DNA of 64,000 nucleotides from an uncultured Nitrospinota bacterium (GTDB lineage Bacteria; Tectomicrobia; Entotheonellia; J063; CAVPRW01): NCBI GenBank assembly GCA_963707985.1, contig CAVPRW010000035.1, positions 83,063 to 147,062 of the forward strand, read 5' to 3'. Shown piece by piece: positions 60,297 to 64,000 of this stretch (position 1 is its first letter; each line of letters starts with the position of its first letter). The notes under the pieces were generated by a model. It saw only the letters and a program-made list of their open reading frames with translations, ran no database searches and was not told where the DNA came from. The position numbers and the translations under genes were made by a program.

Positions 60297-60731
60297 ATGG
60301 TTCGGTCCGAGCACGGGTTTACCGTGATGGAGTTGTGCATCGTCCTCATGATCGCCGCGGTGCTGGCCGTGGTCTCCGTGCCGCAATTCAGCAGCCTGAT
60401 GCGCCGCTACCGGCTGAATGGGGCGGCCATGGTCGTCTGGGGCGATGTCCAGAAGGCGCGCTGGATGGCGATCAAGGAGACGCGCACGATCCGGGTCGAT
60501 TTTACCGCGACGTCCTATACCCTGGTCCGCGTGGACACCGGCGAGGTCGCCTTCACGCGCAATCTGGCGGTCCTCTATCCGGGCGTGACGCTGAGCGTCA
60601 CCGCGAATACGCTCGCCTTTCGCAGCTCGGGACTCCTGGACCATAGCACGCGACCCGTCGACCTCCAAGGGACCTCAGGCACCAAAAGCTTCACCGTGTT
60701 GGCCACGGGACGTGTGGGGGAGATTTCATGA
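60297..60731 (+). CDS. GspH/FimT-like minor pilin
   Basis: GFTVMELCIVL prepilin motif; ARWMAIK; TGRV C-term. Confidence 0.85.
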   Translation: MVRSEHGFTVMELCIVLMIAAVLAVVSVPQFSSLMRRYRLNGAAMVVWGDVQKARWMAIKETRTIRVDFTATSYTLVRVDTGEVAFTRNLAVLYPGVTLSVTANTLAFRSSGLLDHSTRPVDLQGTSGTKSFTVLATGRVGEIS

Positions 60732-61114
60732 GACCACCACGGGTCGCCGGCGATGAGGCGGGATTCACGCTCATCGAGATGATGATCACGCTCGTCATCC
60801 TGTCGGTGGGGCTGATGGCGCTGGCCGGACTCCAGGTCGCCGCCATCAAGGGGAACGCCTCCGCCAAACGCATGACGGCCGCCACCGCCCTGGCGGACGC
60901 CAAGCTCGAAGCGCTCAAAGACACCCCCTATGCCAATCTGCAATCGGAATCGTCCACCTCGGTCGCAGCCGCGGGCCTGAATTTCACCCGGCAGGTGACG
61001 GTCACGCCCAATAGCCCGACGCCCGCCACCACGACGGTGCGGGTGGTGGTGACCTGGACGGAAGGCTCGAAGTCCTATACGGTGCCGCTCTCGACCATCA
61101 TCAGCCGGCCATAA
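60728..61114 (+). CDS. pilV: PilV-like minor pilin
   Basis: GFTLIEMMITLVILSVGLMALAGLQ. Confidence 0.8.
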   Translation: MRPPRVAGDEAGFTLIEMMITLVILSVGLMALAGLQVAAIKGNASAKRMTAATALADAKLEALKDTPYANLQSESSTSVAAAGLNFTRQVTVTPNSPTPATTTVRVVVTWTEGSKSYTVPLSTIISRP

Positions 61115-61124
61115 AGGAAACACC

Positions 61125-61851
61125 ATGGTCACGTCTGCACGCGGCTTTACGATCATCGAGTTGTTGATCGCCATGGCCCTCCTGGGTCTGGTGCTCACCG
61201 GCCTCAGCACGCTGGCGATCTCGTCGAGTCGCTTCTACCTCGCCCAGAATCGGGTCATCGGCATGCAAGCCGATGGACGGGCCGCCCTGGAATTTATGGC
61301 GCGCGAGCTGCGCCTGGCCTTCGGGACGCCGACGCTCTCGACCACGGTGACGACGAACGATACGATCAGTTTCAATCGCGTCGAAGACAGCGGCTCGTCC
61401 TCCGGGGGCAACACCACCACGGTCCTCAACGATACGCGCAAAGCCTGGACGCCAGGGGCCTTCGCCCCCATCACCACCTCGGCCTATACGGTGCGCCTGA
61501 TCGCGGGGACCGGCAGCGGCCAGACCCGCACGGTCACGACCAATACCGCCACGCAACTCACGGTGTCCCCCGGCCTGGACAACCACGCCCGATACGACCT
61601 CCCTCTATGTCCTGACCACCGAGCGCGCCTTCACCCGGACGTCCGCCACCGATGATATCTTGCGCTACCGCATCGGGGCGACGGGCACCAATGATCCCCT
61701 GGCCGACCATATCACCAGCCATGCCTTCGCGCTGCCCACGGCCACGACGATGACCATCACCGTGACGGCGCGCACACGATCCAAGGAGCCGACCACGAAC
61801 CAATATCGGACCTATACGCTGACGGAAACGATCCGGAAACGCAATACCTAA
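61125..61851 (+). CDS. pilW: PilW-like minor pilin (frameshift near 61580)
   Basis: GFTIIELLIAM, GRAALEFMARELRLA, C-term ITVTART..IRKRN. Confidence 0.75.
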
Positions 61852-61873
61852 CCTGACGCATGCGAGGTGACTC

Positions 61874-63061
61874 ATGCAGACGTGTCTCCGCGATCTCGAC
61901 AATGACTCCGGGGTGGCCCTGGTCACCGCCCTGGTCATGCTGGTGCTCCTGACCAGTCTCGGCACCTATGCCATCACCATGACCCAGACGGAGACCGGCC
62001 TGTCGGCCAGCCTCAAGACCTCCAAGCGCGCCTTCTACCTGGCGGATGCGGGGCTGGAATGGGGCAAGTCGCAGATTGCCACCGCGACCGCGCTCCCGCC
62101 CCTCCCGGCGGCGGCGACGCAAAGCCTGGACCAGGGCAGTTACGCCGTCACCTTCCCGAGCATTTTCCCGACCAGCGCCGCCTTCACGTATACCGTGACC
62201 GTGCGCTCGGTCGGCACCCTGGGAACCGCCTCGAAAACCTTGCAGACCGTGGTCACCAAGACCTTCGAGCTGTCGGATGCGGCAGTGACGCTCCGGGGCA
62301 ATGAAGCCGATTCCTCGTTCACCGGGAACTCCTTTACGATCGACGGCCGCGATTATGATCACCTCACCGGCGCCCTCACCTCAGGGGCGACCCAGTATGG
62401 CATGACGGTGCCCACGGCCACGCTCAAAACCACCGTGGATAATGCCCTGTCGTCGCAACAAAAGGATAATATCGTCGGGCTGGCCGGCACCGGGACCACG
62501 GCCAGCATCGGGGTCAGTACCGCCCTGCCCTCCACGACCGTGGCCAGCCTGGGGGATGCCCTGTGCAATGCGGCGAACGCCGCCAACAAGTTCACCATGA
62601 CGACCAATGGCAGCTACTCCCCGCCCGCCAACGCCGTCTGGGGCACGCGGGCCTCCCCGAAGATTTACTGTGTGACGGGCACGGGCACGGCCGGGACCAT
62701 GTCCATGGATGTGAATGGCAACTTCGACGGCGTGGGCGTGCTCGTGGTGCGGGATGCCGACCTGGTGATCAATGGGGCCTTTCATTTTGAGGGCCTGATT
62801 CTCGTCACCGGGGATAAGGTGGGCTTTGGGCTGTTGGGCGGGGGCAATAAGGACGTATATGGCTCGGTCATCATCAACGAAACGGATCATGACGGCGCGT
62901 CCTACCGCGAGGACGTGTTCCAGGGGGCGTCCAACGTGCGCTACAGCACCTCGGCACTGGCGTATGCCCGCAACTTGATTCCCGCCGCCTCACTGTCGAG
63001 TATCATCACGACGTTTCCGTCCACGGCACTCCAGCGCGCCTGGCACGAGGTCAACCCGTAG
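61874..63061 (+). CDS. pilX: PilX-like minor pilin
   Basis: SGVALVTALVML (no Glu5), AFYLADAGLE. Confidence 0.8.
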   Translation: MQTCLRDLDNDSGVALVTALVMLVLLTSLGTYAITMTQTETGLSASLKTSKRAFYLADAGLEWGKSQIATATALPPLPAAATQSLDQGSYAVTFPSIFPTSAAFTYTVTVRSVGTLGTASKTLQTVVTKTFELSDAAVTLRGNEADSSFTGNSFTIDGRDYDHLTGALTSGATQYGMTVPTATLKTTVDNALSSQQKDNIVGLAGTGTTASIGVSTALPSTTVASLGDALCNAANAANKFTMTTNGSYSPPANAVWGTRASPKIYCVTGTGTAGTMSMDVNGNFDGVGVLVVRDADLVINGAFHFEGLILVTGDKVGFGLLGGGNKDVYGSVIINETDHDGASYREDVFQGASNVRYSTSALAYARNLIPAASLSSIITTFPSTALQRAWHEVNP

Positions 63062-63193
63062 GATCATGTCGCGCACAGGACTGGGGCGATACCCCGCGTG
63101 GCTGGGCGTCTCTCGCGCAACGGTCGACTCACGGTCGCAGGCGGAGCAGGCGCCTAGGGCCGCGGCCGGTGAGAGCGCTAGGGGAGGACACCG

Positions 63194-63824
63194 ATGAGGC
63201 GCACATTCGGCTCACCATCCCACCGCACGGTCCGATGGCTGGCGTGGGGAGGACTCCTGATCGGAAGCGTGTGGTTCGGTGCCGCCTGGGCATGCGGCCG
63301 AGCTGTATCGGTGGGTCGACGAGCAGGGACACGTCTCGCTGAGCGACACGCCACCCCCGTCCCAGGGCAATCGTCAAGACCTGAAGGTGTACCGGCCGGA
63401 GACCACCTCACCGCCACCTGAGTCCCGTGAGACCCCCGCGGGCCACACCGCTGAAGCGCCACCGCCCGCGACCACCCCCGGCGGCATCATGGTGGAGGCC
63501 GTGGTGAATGGGCGACTCACCGTGCCGTTGCGGCTGGATACCGGTGCGGAGTTGACGGTGCTCACCAAGGCGGTGGCTGAGGCGTTACCCATCGCCGCCC
63601 TGGAGCACTTGCCCCGGCACGCGTTCAAGACGGCCGGAGGGCCGGTCACCATGCCCGTCGCCTCGCTGCGCTCGCTGCGCATCGGCAGCACGGAAGCCCG
63701 CGACGTGACCGTCGCCATCGACCTCGATGGGCGGATGCCCGTCGGGCTGCTGGGCATGTCCTTTCTCCGCCGCTTCAAAGTGACCGTGGATCAGCAACAG
63801 GGGCGTGTCACATTTGACCGCTAG
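63194..63824 (+). CDS. DUF4124 + retropepsin-like aspartyl protease (frameshift near 63285)
   Basis: ELYRWVDEQGHVSLSDTPP; LDTGA; GLLGMSFL. Confidence 0.8.
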
Positions 63825-64000
63825 GCCCTCCTTTGCGAAATCTCCTGCATTTCGCATGTTGCCAAGCCCACACGTCTGATACCCCGCCCCATGAACCGCG
63901 TTCATGACCATCATCTCTTCAATCAATCAGGTACAGACAGCCACGGCATTTTTCTTGCTCAGAAGAGCCAACATGTCGTCGCAATACGTGTTCCAGGCGT

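Overview
GC-rich bacterial window with many 1-bp frameshifts (long-read errors and/or decay), so most genes had to be stitched across frames. 1-12.1 kb (minus strand) is a type-3-BREX-like defence locus: brxF-like ATPase, DUF6079/BrxC ATPase, an inserted ~1200-aa RecD-like helicase with a C-terminal nuclease-like domain, a PglXI-like methyltransferase and an AlbA_2/HATPase gene, with a divergent XRE repressor. A probable tyrosine-recombinase remnant, whose middle is an A-rich junk tract, bounds it. 13-24 kb is a redox/catabolic cluster: three LLM oxidoreductases, an aldo-keto reductase, a class V PLP enzyme, and a UGSC-type selenoprotein with its partner gene. A second UGSC selenoprotein/partner pair (36.8-38.5 kb) lies divergent from an MJ0158/SelA-like PLP enzyme. 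Both in-frame UGA codons are followed by the same-register hairpin with a compensatory base change (SECIS-like); the ORF track misses both selenoproteins. 25-34 kb and 50-60 kb hold mobile-element debris: two related large-serine-recombinase modules whose 3' ends carry tRNA-3'-end-like att sequences, a full-length IS1634 copy and IS/ExeA/PolA/Tc-toxin fragments. A full-length IS630 lies at 41.2-42.5 kb. Also present: amidase, GH57/DUF3536, a Shedu nuclease, a beta-helix/PKD/CBM protein and a type IV minor-pilin operon with a sigma-54 promoter. No CRISPR array, rRNA or complete tRNA was seen. Family assignments are by motif recognition only, not database searches.
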